This document shows positions 53,801 through 64,000 of a stretch of 64,000 bases of DNA, piece by piece. The stretch is taken from positions 930,001 to 994,000 of the forward strand of contig OY253675.1 of NCBI GenBank assembly GCA_958009085.1, read 5' to 3'. The translations under genes and the position numbers were made by a program. This stretch comes from Protoeuglena noctilucae (lineage: Eukaryota). Positions within the stretch are counted from its first letter, which is position 1; every line of letters starts with the position of its first letter. The notes beneath the pieces were generated by a model. It saw nothing but the letters and a program-made list of their open reading frames with translations, searched no databases and had not been told where the DNA came from.

Positions 53801-55813
53801 GCAGGGCGACCCAGGCACGCCGCCCGGCCGAGGGACGTCCAACGATTCCCTCTTTTACCGAGTGCGGCAGGGCCGCGTTTCCCAGATGCTGGTCGTCGTC
53901 GTCACGGGCCCAGCAAGGCAACATGGGGCGGTGCAGGCGTGGGCGTCGCTTGTGGGACCCGGGTCAGCAGAGGGAGCCCGCGAGACAGGCCAAGTGGGAG
54001 GGTCGCCGGGCAGCAGCAGCGACGAGGAAGCGCGCGACCCGCCGACGTTGGCGTCCGTGCTTTGGGGCTTCGGGTCCGTCCTGCGCGCGAGCGCTGAGAG
54101 CATGCGTGGGGCCGCGGCGCTGGAGGGGGAGCGTGAGAAGCGGGCGTGGTGGTCGCGGCGCGTGGAGGTCGACGCGATGCTGTCCCGGGTGCTGCGGGAC
54201 ATGGGCGAGGTGCTGGGGGCGCAGGTGGCTGCGCGACTGGCGGGGGGCGGGGACGACTCGCAGATGGGCCAAGGCCTGGCCTCCCGGATGGCGAGGCTGC
54301 AGCTGCGGGAGGACGGTGACACAGACATCGCTGGGACGCGTGAGGGTGGGGACACAGAAGAGCCCCCCGGTGCTTCATCGCGATCCGTGGTGCTGGTCCT
54401 GGGTCACCCGCTGGACGCGCTTCCCTGGGAAAGCGTCCCCGCGCTCCGACACGGCCGGCGCGGCGTCTACCGCATGCCGTCCGCCCCCCTCGCCGCCGCG
54501 GCCGCCGCCCGACTCGGTTCCGGCCTCAGCCAGGCACCTGGGGAGTCGCCCGCGCTGCCCGTGCCGGTGGACGCGTCGCATGGGGTGTGCGTGGTCAACC
54601 CCGGCGGCGACCTGGACGCCACCCAGTCTACCTTTGAGCCCTGGCTCTCCTCCATCCCCGGCTGGACGGGGCACTTCGGGCCACCGCCCCCCGACCCCAG
54701 GCGAGGCCATGCCATGGAGCGCAGCACCTGCTTCCTCCCATGCTCCCTTCGACCAGCCATCAGCTTCGCTCCTTTGCATCTCCTTACCCTCGCGTCGCCC
54801 AGCCCATGCCATCCCACCCCATACGCATCTCTTCCGCCCCCAGGCACGTGCGGGCGGAGGCCGCCGACGCAGGTCTCTTCGTCTACATGGGGCACGGGGC
54901 GGGCGAGCACGTCCTGGGCCTCGCGCCGACTTCTAAGGGCATCTCGCCGACGCCTGCATCGGTCCCTGCCAGCGTCCTGGTCGGCTGCAGCAGCGCGCGG
55001 ATGCGTCCGCGTGGCCTCTACGCCCCCTCGGGTCCCCTGGGGCACTACCTGGCCTGGGGCGCGCCCGTCGTCGTGGGGACGCTGTGGGACGTGACGGACC
55101 GGGACATCGACCGGTTCGCAGCCAGGCTCTTGCGGGGGTGGGTGGGTCCGGGTGCCAAGCCTGAGGGGTGCGCCGCGGCTGCCAGGGACCCGGCCGGGGA
55201 AGGGCTGGTGGTGGAGGCCGTCCGGGATGCGGGACGACAGGTGGGACACGTGGGGCACGTGAGTGGGGTCGGGGATGGGGTGGCGGTGATGATGACGCCT
55301 GCGCCAAGGAGGCGGGCGGGGCGGCTGCAGGCGATGGGCCTCGCGACGCCGGCCGCGACGCCGGGGGTGGCGACGACGGTGAAGAAGTCGCTTTTCTTGG
55401 AGGCGCGCCGTGGGGAGGGTGACGGTGGTGTCGCTCGCACGCCCGGGGCGGCACTCAGGGGGCGGCGGGCGGCCCGGTCTCTGGCGGCAGAGCTGGCGGG
55501 GGATGAGGCGGGGGAGGCGTGCAGCGCAGACGGCGACGCGGGGATGAGCGAGGGCGAGGGAGGTGGGCGGGAGGCGCGCGGGACGGGGGTGTCCAAATTG
55601 AGGGGCGGACGTGGCAGAGACAAGGCCCACGATTCGCAGTACAGCGAGGCTGTTGGATTGGACCACCGTCTTCCCTCGTGCCCCGCCGTCGCGGTCACGG
55701 ACGCGAGGGGGGCGTGCCGGCTGGCGCGGCTGATCGGGGCGGCGCCGGTCTGCTACGGCCTGCCAGCGGCGGTGCACCGGGGAGCGGGGCCAGCCGGGAA
55801 GCAGGCCTGGTGA
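47884..55813 (+). CDS. ESP1: Separase (peptidase C50), large multi-exon; 5' end uncertain
   Basis: C-terminal WWSRR, LPWESVPAL...YRMPS, VVNPGGDL, FVYMGHG (His at 54893), VGCSS (Cys at 54986), GTLWDVTDRDIDRF and LIGAAPVCYGLP. The long Ala-rich helical N-terminal exons are assumed to belong to the same gene. Confidence 0.9.
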
Positions 55814-55997
55814 AGTGGAGCTGGCTATGTGTGAACCGCGTGACATGGGTCCCATGATTGAAGGGCAAACCTGGACATGTGCGTGGCGCTCAGAGTCTCT
55901 CTAAGAAAAGTGAGAAACTAAGAAAAGGAGAAGATGGCCGGAATCGAACGATGCAAGCAGCTCGAGCCCCCCTATAGAATATTCCCCACCTATAGTA

Positions 55998-56868
55998 TCA
56001 CGCAGACCCCTGCCTCTGCGCCAGGCAGTCCTCCAGCACCTCCTCAAACGCCTCAGGCGGCTGCGCCCCGCTCAGCTGGTGCTGCCCGTCGATCACGAAG
56101 AAGGGAACGCCCGTGACCCTGTACTTGGACGCGGGCCCCGACGCCAGCTCCGCCCGCACCTCGGCCGCGAAGGCCCCCGGGTCCGCCAGCACCGCCTCGG
56201 CCCCCTCGAGCCCCGCCCGCTTGGCGCACGCCGCCAGCACCTCCGCGTCGCCGATGTACTGCTCCTGGGAGAAGTAGGCCCGGAACATCTCCTCCGCCAG
56301 GGCATGCTGCGCCTTCGGGCCCCGCGTCGCGGCCCAGGCCATGAGGCAGTGCGACGTGAAAGTGTTGCCCGTCAGGCCGCCCATCTTCAGCTCCAGGCCC
56401 TCCTCCCGAAACACGCCCCGGAGACGCTCGAGGATCGGCTCGGCGCGCGGGCCGAACTTCGCCTGGGACGGGCGACGCGATTGGGGCGTGGCCGTGGCAC
56501 TGCTGGCGGCAGCGCAGGGTCGAAGAGGTGCCGCAATGCCTCCAATTGTGCGTCGACACCGCACCTGGTACATCTCCAGCTTGTTCTCCCCCTCGGCGGG
56601 CGCCCGCGGGTTCAGCTGAAACGCGTGCCACACGACCTGCGACTCGACGCGCCCCTTCAGCCGCTCCAGCGCAGTGTCGAGGCGACGTTTCCCGATCCAA
56701 CACCATGGACACTGCGAAAAGGCCCGGGAGGCTCGGCGCGTTTGACGTGCCGCGTAACGACCCAAGCCCTCCAGGGGGTCCTGGGGCCACTGTAAGGCCC
56801 TCGACACCTCCCACACGCACCACGGTGTCCGAGACAATGTCGATGCGGATCCGCGCGGGCGACCCCAT
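55998..56868 (-). CDS. DsbA/FrnE-family thioredoxin-fold oxidoreductase
   Basis: IRIDIVSDTV|CPWCWIGKRRL...HAFQLNP...GNTFTSH...VTGVPFFVID...LSGAQPPEAF. Two introns. Confidence 0.92.
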
Positions 56869-56999
56869 CGTGCGAATCGTGCAAAATGTCTTGTCAATCT
56901 TCCACCGACGGAACGACGGGCTATCGCGTTGTCTGGGGCGAAGGAGTTGAGTCTGAGTGCTCGCCACGAAAGAGGAGCAGTCGGTCGGGATGATCCCAG

Positions 57000-57640
57000 T
57001 GGGCCCATCAGCGCTAGCGTGCCCAGGTTTCTCACTGGCGCCGCAGGTTCTCCCCCGGCCGCGGGCGGGGTAGCCCAGTAGCCATCGAGCGCCCAGCACT
57101 GCTGGGCATGGTCACAGACAAGCGAGTCGAGGCCCTGGGCCAGGAGAGCGTGGAGGTGCTGGTGGAGTGCTGGTGGGTTCTTCTCCACTGCCCAGCGGAA
57201 ATGATGCGCGCCCGTCTTGGCGGGGCTGGGGCGGAGACAGCTGGTGAGACCAGTTGCCTGGTGACAGGTCTCCAAGCCTTGGAATACGTTGTGCATGGAT
57301 TGCACCGTGGCCTGCACGAACTGAGCATCGTCTGCAAACTTGCTGGAGGCTCTCCTGGGCGAGGTGTTCATCGGTGCGGAACGCACGGAGGGGAGGTTTG
57401 CAGGGTCCGGGCACAGGGAGGCCCTTAAGGTCAGGATTGGAGGCGACCAGCTCTTGGAGTGCGAGCGCCACGAGGATCAAGAGGGAGGGGGCGAGCGGGC
57501 AGCCCTGGTGGACGCCCGTGGAGACGGCTGAGGCCATGGCCCGGCTTGAAGCTGGAAGGTGGCCGGAGGGGTGATTTGCCCGGAATGCCGTGTCTGAGGG
57601 AGACGCTGTGCTGCACCTGTCAGAACAACATGCCAGAGCG
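57000..57640 (-). mobile_element. Degenerate non-LTR (LINE-like) retrotransposon reverse transcriptase fragment
   Basis: GVHQGCPLAPSL at 57516-57481, then a frameshift, FADD at 57338-57327, followed by ATGL and a YLG-like VRNLG at 57035-57021. This is the order of non-LTR RT motifs. Boundaries are approximate. Confidence 0.75.
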
Positions 57641-57845
57641 TTCGGCTGACCCTGCGCGCCGCTTTCGCGTCCCCGTCGCCCCCCTCGCGGCCACTTCATC
57701 ACCATGGGCTTATAGCTCTCTTGGTGGAGGAGAGGGGCCCCGCTACTCACACGCGCAAGCCTGAACGGGCATCAGCGCACCAGCGGGCTCATCCGCTAGC
57801 CCTCCTCCCCAATTTCAGACTTCTTGTCCACGGGGCCAACCTTCT

Positions 57846-59718
57846 ATGGACCTGTCCCTCTACCTTCCCGGCGCCCATGATGGCAAAGGCCGCGGGGCCA
57901 GTCCTCGCGCCTCGCGCGCGAGCGTGGACCTCCCGCCGCTCGACATGACCGAGTTCGCCGAGGTAAGCTCGGCTGCCGCGTCGGAGCCGTATCGAAGCCT
58001 CCGCCGGCTGCAGTGCCGCCTTGAGATGCCAGGCGCTTGGTCCCGTGCGGCGGCATGGAGGCGGGCGTCGCCCCCCTCTGCGGCCTCTCATTTCGCGTTA
58101 CCCGTGCTTGGCAACGCATCGGCCCCCGATCGCGACCTGAGCGGCCCCAGCCACGTTGCAGGTCCCGGCCTGGCCCGGCGAAATCGACGCGGGCACCGTC
58201 AGCCCGCTGCCCACGGCCCGCTCGGCGCGCGCATACCACGTTGAGGGCGCTGCGCCCGCGGATAAGGAGGCAATTGACGCGTTCCAGATGGCCCAGTACG
58301 CCGGCGGGGCCTGGGGCGGGGACGACCTGCTGGAGCTCTTCGCCGACTACGTGTACGACGGGGAGAACGATGGCGCCAGCGGATTCGCCGGCGGCCGCGA
58401 GACGCTGTCGCTCAAGGAGGCGCCCTCCCCCTTCGGCCTCAGGGCGGCCGTGAACGGAATGGTGAGCGGTGCGGGGGCGTATCCCCGCGGCCATGCGGCT
58501 CCTCGGGTGCCTTTCGATGCGGGGTGGCGCGGACGGCCGGCGTCGAGCCCCGTGGCGCGCGCGCGGGGCGGTGGGGAACTCACCAATCCCGCGGCGTTAG
58601 CGCCCCCGTCGCGTCCTCAACCCGCCGATTCCCGCGCCCGATGCGCGTTTTGAGTCCATAGGGGCCCCTGAGGCCTCTCTCCGGGCGCCGCGCGGGCCGC
58701 TGCACCGCTTCCTGCCCGCCTCGAAGGGGTGGCAGCCAGGGGCGCCCCGTCGGGACACGCTTCGCGCCGCCGCGCCGCCCACGGCCGTCATTTCAAACCC
58801 TCGATTTTCTCGCAGGATCCTCCCGTGGACGCGGCCGCGACCATGAGCCCCTCCGTGTCGGCCAACTCGGACTCGTCCTACGAGCCGGGCGACATGTTCG
58901 TCCCCAACTACGCCCTGTCCCCCGACGTCGACGGCGGCGTGTTCGTGCGCGACACCGACACCTACGCCACCTCGAAGCGCGCCAAGCCCGCCGCGCCGGC
59001 CCGCCCCCGGGCGCTGGCGCTGGCCCCCGCCGCGGGCGTGGCCAAGCCGCGCCCGGCCTCCCGCCCCCGCCCCCGCGCCCCGAGCCCCGCGCTCCCCGTG
59101 CCCGTGAGCTTCAAGTGGGTCGCGCCCTCGCGCAGCAAGGACCGCCCCCTCCAGGGCAACGCCAAGTCCAACGCCACGGTGCTCCTGACGGGCTGCCGCT
59201 ACGACATCTCCGTCAACTCGCTGCTCCTGGAGGACAACGCGCTCTTCGAGGGTATGGTGCCCCCGGCCGTGATCGCCAACGGCCTCACCCTGGCCCACCC
59301 CCCGCGCCTCTTCCTGGCCGCCACGCTGCTGTGCCTGCTGGACGGCATCTCCGACGAGGACCTTATCGCCAACTACGGCCTCAAGGACATCCCGCGCATG
59401 CGGCAGGGACACCCTCTGGACAAGGGCATCATGAAGGTGCGCGGGGCAGCGGCTGTGGGAAGTCGCCAGCTCGTGCGGTCGGCACAGCACACCTATGCGC
59501 TCGCCCCACCACGCGCTGTCCCCCGCGTGCCCCCCCGCGTCCCTCGTCCCGCCTCGCCCCCTCCGCAGCGGCTCTTCCCCCGCCGCAAGAAGGGCACCAC
59601 CAAGTACGAGCTGTCCGAGGGCATTGAGGCGCTGTTCCGCGAGCGCAACGTGGCGTGGCCGGCGCTGACCATCACCGAGGCGGACGCGCAGTACCTCCTC
59701 GACAAGTACGGGAAATAA
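57846..59718 (+). CDS. Hypothetical 395-aa protein, 4 exons (57846-57962, 58162-58461, 58816-59436, 59569-59718)
   Basis: Three clean phase-0 GT-AG introns and very strong C/G third-position bias in exons 3-4. No family recognised. Confidence 0.75.
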
Positions 59719-61204
59719 CCCGTGCCGGCTGCCGCCGCCTACGCGCCTCGTCGGGCAGGGGCGCGCGGGCGGAGGGGCAGCTGGGGCCAGGGCGGCACGG
59801 GGAGGCGCCGCGGGGTTTGGGACTCCTGTGTCCGGGGGCAGCGACACGGGGTCACGGGTTGGGCAGGTTATCTTCACTCGGCAGGGCCTCTTCACTTGGG
59901 CAGGGCTTCGTGGGCAGGATCTGAGTTATCTTCGGGGCGATTGCCATCGCCCCGACCCCCGGGGGTCTCCCCTCAGGCGGGATTCACGGGGGTGGCCAGG
60001 ACAGGATTCGTAGCGCAGAGTAGAGCAGCGATTAGGACAGTCAGGACAGGTCATGTTACTGCAGGCAGATGTTCAGCACCAGGGCAGGTTGTCATTCCGT
60101 AGGGTAGAGTAGCGCAGCGTATGGGCAGACACCCCAACACACTTTGGCTGGCAGGCGACTCCACATGCACCCGCGGCCGCCCGGCGCGCGGTCCGTGCTT
60201 GGCGTTCCCAGGCAGGCATTCCCTTCTCTCACGTCACTCCCGGTCTTCACCTGACCCGACCCGGGGGGTCCGACCCATGGCTCCCGCGCGGCGGCGCGTC
60301 TCCGGGCCCCTCGTTTCCCGGGGCCGGAGACGCCATGTGCCGCTCCGCGTCCGCCATCGCCATGGGCCGCGTCTCCACCCGGGTGCCCCCCACCGCCAGC
60401 CCCGCCCCGACCCTCCCATCCATTTCCATTGGCCGGGGCGGCGGGCAGCGCCGGCCTCCGTTTCGGCCGCGCGGGGGGTCGCGACCCGCATCACCGCACG
60501 GGCGCGCGGGCTTTGCCACCTCTGGTCGACTTGGGCTGTGGGGCGTGGGCTCGCCGGGGCACCCCTCCCGGGCCCCGCCCTCGCGGGACAGTAAGGTAGT
60601 CTGATAGGCCGGTGGGCCAGCTGGCGGAGGTCCTCCGGGGATGGTTTTTGTGATGCGGCGGCGGCGGCCAGGAAGCGGCGACGCCCCCTGCCACTGTTGC
60701 CGCAGCCACCCCCGCTCCGCCGGGCCTGCCGAATTGCGCGCGCTTGAGGCGCGCATCATGCATGTCCTTGTTTGGATGGTTTGGTTTGGTTCGTTCCCCT
60801 TGGCCCGCCTCAGCCCGCGCGGCCGGCCGCTCTCGATGGGGCAGGCCGCACAGGGCAAAGGGCGGATGGGGTGGAGGGCTCCGTGGGTTTAACGGAGAGT
60901 AGCTTCCGCCGCGAGCTGACAGGCGCATGCCTGGGCCGCCGGCGCGGGTTTGGGCTGTGCAGGGGCCGGGGCAGTGAGCCGCGCGCGACCCTCAGACAGC
61001 AATATCTGGATTGTGCATGTGATGCGGGCCCCGTCCCGATCTTGCACCGTTTTCTTTGCGCAGGCACGTGCTGTCATCCGCCCGGTGATCGCATGTAGAG
61101 TTCCTTGTGACTTCCGGCACCTGTGTGGCCACCAACACCTAGACTGATTGAACGAGCGCATTAGGAACATCGAGGGTACCACGAGAGTAGAGAGGGCGCG
61201 GCTG

Positions 61205-61209
61205 TTACA
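61205..61209 (-). promoter_or_regulatory. Possible chlorophyte-type poly(A) signal TGTAA
   Basis: TGTAA about 120 nt downstream of the stop at 61332, on the same strand. Confidence 0.35.
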
Positions 61210-61331
61210 AAGCACGCCGCGGGTGCTGTCCTGGCTAAAGCCTGAATGAGAGGAGTCATTTGGGAAGAGAGAAGACGCATGCTGTGCCACTGCCAGGTAC
61301 GCCATGCCACCGCCCATGTGGAGGGCAGCGC

Positions 61332-64000
61332 TCAGGGCTCTTGTGCCGCAGCTCTCCTCTGGTATTCCCGCTTCTCCTCGTCGCTCGCCTCGCGCCACAT
61401 CTCCGCCAGCTTGGCCATCACCTCACGGGGGGCAATGCCGGGGTGGCGAGACGTGACCTGGGGTATGGGAGGAGGCACGCGTGTGAGTGGGATGCAAGTG
61501 GCCGAGATATCGCAACAGTACAGGGAAGGTGATGAGAAAGCGATCGGGTTCTAGACCGCTCTCAGCCCTCACCTCAGCGCGCCGCTCCTTGGTGAAGAGC
61601 AAGTAGCCCGACAGCTTGCGCCGAGGCTTTGCCGCCCCCGCCTCCACCTCCCCGTCAGCCTCGGCCTTTGCTTTCGCCTTCCGCCCCCTTGCCCGCTTCT
61701 CCCCGCCGGCCCCCGCCCGCGCCCTCGGCCCTGCCGCCTCCAGCGCCGACGCGACCTCACTGGCGTACCGCTCGCTGTCAGAATGCGCCAGGGCCTCGTA
61801 CTGCGGGAGACGAGACCAGGAGAAGACATGAGCAGAGGAGGGACATAGGCACATGGCCTTTGACCGGAGGACTGACTAACCATCCTTCCACCGTCACAGA
61901 ATGTCACGATGACCAACCGTCTCCGTCCTTCCCTAGTACCTGTGTCCCACATGCAGCGTCTCCCTCACCTTGGCCCTCTCCTCCGCCCCCAGCGCCTTCC
62001 ACCCCTCGCCCAGGCGCTTGGAAGCGTCACCCATCGAGATGCCAGGCGTGGCAGCCCGCACCGCAGGCCCGTGCTCCAGGCAGTAGAAGACGAAAGCCCC
62101 CCGGGGCCGTTTGATGTGCCGCAGGGGGTCCGGCGCCGCCCCTGACTCGGGGCCTGACTCAGCGTCGCCCGCGTCAAACGACTGTGTCAGGGACGCCTTG
62201 GGGGGGTCCTCGGCGCGGGGCCTGCAGAGAGGGACGGGGCAGATCGTGTGAATGTGACTAAGTGACTGGATGACAGAGGCTGAGCTGTCAGTTGCGTGCA
62301 TGTCAGCAAGCAGACCCCAACCCACCAATATGCAGCAACCACCCCCCCCCTTGCCTGCTCACATCCACTCGCCTACACCTTTACGCCCTCTCCTCCCCAG
62401 CGACCTCACCTCCCCCGCCCCCTCGCAGCTTGGCCCCTCCCACCCGCGCCCCTGCCCCTCCCGCCGCCCCTGCCCCCCGTGCCCCTCAATCGTTTCTTGT
62501 CCACCCACTCCACCGCCGCCTCCATCGTGACCTCCCTCCCCGCCTCTGCCCATGCCTTGGGCACCGTGGCCATCACCCCCTCGTGCTCCACATAGGGACC
62601 GTACTTGCCTGCCTTGAGGTACATGCTCCCGCCGCGGTCGGGGTGCGTACCCAGCAGCTGACCCTTCTGCAAGGCGCCAGGCAGGGTGAGGTGACGGTGT
62701 GCGAGCTGTGTACATGATAGTGGTGCACAGGAAGCGACGTGTAAGGCCACCAACCGCGGTTTGGCAAAAGCCGACGGTGGTTGTGTGGCCGCAGCTGTGA
62801 ACAGAGCGAATGAAAGGGACGAAACGAATGAGTTGCATCTTGCAGACATGTTCCGTATCACATTGACGCATCCCCGTGCCACCATCCCACCCTGTCCCTC
62901 GCCTTGAGCGTGAAGAGCTCCGCCACTTGCGCCGCAGTCGCGGTGGTGGGGTCCCATGCCTCGGGGCAGTTGGCCCTCTCGAGACCACTCGGGGTGTCCA
63001 TCTCAAAGTACACGCCGTAGGGGCCGTTCTTGGCCACCATCCTGCGAGGTTGGTATGCAGGGGGGGCAGTGAGTGTACAGCCACACACGCATCGCCACGC
63101 ACAACCACATTCCAGCCCACACCCCCCTACCATCACACGTTCCCTCGCCTGTACCCCGTCTCTGAGTGCAGCCCCACGTCGCGCGGCAGCCCCGGGTCCC
63201 TCCCCTCCGCCATCGCCCGCTGCACCTCCGGCCACCCGCTGCCCAGCACCGGCAGAGAGAAGTTGCAGTCCCCCGGGCCAGGCACCCCCTCGTCACTCCC
63301 CCCATCTAACGCCTGGCTCGGGTGCTTGTCATGCGAAACCCCGTTCGTTCCCTGTGCATGTGCCTGTTCCTCTTTTTGTGGCTGATCTCCCTTGGGTGTC
63401 TTTTTGCGGAAGTTGCTGCATCCCAGGAAGGGCGCCCCCGTCTTTAAGACCTTGAGCTCCAGGCGACCGGTGCGGCACCTGCGAATAGTGTCGGGAGAAG
63501 GGAGGTGTTTGAACTTATGACTAGCAGCCAGGTTGCCACTGCAGACAACGCGCGGCTGAGTGGGCAGGGCGCACCCACACCCACACCCACACTGTTACCC
63601 ACACCCACACCCACACTGCTACCCGCACCCGCACCCACACCCACACTGCTACCCACACTGCTACCCACACCCACACCCACACTGCTACCCACACTGCTAC
63701 CCACACCCACACCCACACCCACACCCACACTGCTACCCACACTGCTACCCACACCCACACCCACACTGCTACCCACACTGCTACCCACACTGCTACCCAC
63801 ACCCACACTGCTACCCACACCCGCACCTGGGGCACGCCCGTGGGTCGCTGCCGTCCTCCCTCGCCAGAAACAGCTGCGGCGCCAGTCTCTCCGTCAGCCT
63901 CTCCAGTACCTGGGGTCGGTCGAAGCCCATGGCCCCACGCACCGCCCCCTCGAACGGCTGCCAGAAACCCCCAAGCACGTCGCGCCACGCGGCCGCACCG
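61332..64000 (-). CDS. topA: 3' part of a bacterial-type DNA topoisomerase IA (probably organellar) with C4 zinc ribbon, C-terminal repeats, RGG linker and two HMG boxes; 5' part outside the window
   Basis: [12 protein letters not shown]...[20 protein letters not shown]...PFLGCSNF...GDCNF, then [23 protein letters not shown] and LLGTHPD...GKYGPYV, then HMG boxes [11 protein letters not shown]...LGEGWKAL...AK|YEALA and [12 protein letters not shown]...[16 protein letters not shown]. Confidence 0.85.
63572..63822. repeat. Intronic microsatellite built from hexamers ACCCAC and ACTGCT
   Basis: About 250 bp of interleaved acccac/actgct units inside topoisomerase intron 63479-63826. Confidence 0.95.

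Noticed and set aside
56700..56830. Possible selenocysteine in the DsbA CxxC, as in some algae
   Set aside because: The spliced codon is TGT (CPWC), not TGA.
55998..57386. 462-aa ORF that appears to fuse RT (FADD) to DsbA
   Set aside because: It reads through DsbA introns and skips the proper first exon (IDIVSDTV), which is in another frame. Open frames arise easily at this GC content.
63444..63988. ORFs with VGVGSS / VWVAVW repeats
   Set aside because: These are translations of an intronic microsatellite.

Overview
This is compact, very GC-rich (roughly 70% by eye) eukaryotic nuclear DNA with many spliceosomal introns, so most entries in the ORF track are exon fragments or antisense shadows. 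Plastid-type lipoyl synthase, a YidD homolog with an N-terminal extension and a CEP78-like centriole protein point to a flagellated green alga; a pedinophyte-like chlorophyte is a guess based on GC content. Splicing by hand gives about 17 genes: UBXN11-like (partial), YidD, a large coiled-coil protein, CEP78-like, a large RING protein, MECR, a calponin-homology kinesin-14, a large CDK-site-rich unknown protein, LIP1P, PCNA, RAD23, RPL4, delta-COP, separase, DsbA/FrnE-like, a 395-aa orphan, and the 3' part of an alphaproteobacterial-type topoisomerase IA. A decayed non-LTR retrotransposon RT fragment lies near 57 kb. The two most notable observations are (1) the topoisomerase IA splices in frame into an RGG linker and two HMG boxes, a possible organellar topoisomerase/nucleoid-protein fusion, and (2) an unusually high frequency of GC-AG introns with the consensus AG|GCGAG. 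Homology calls rest on remembered motifs; no database search was run.
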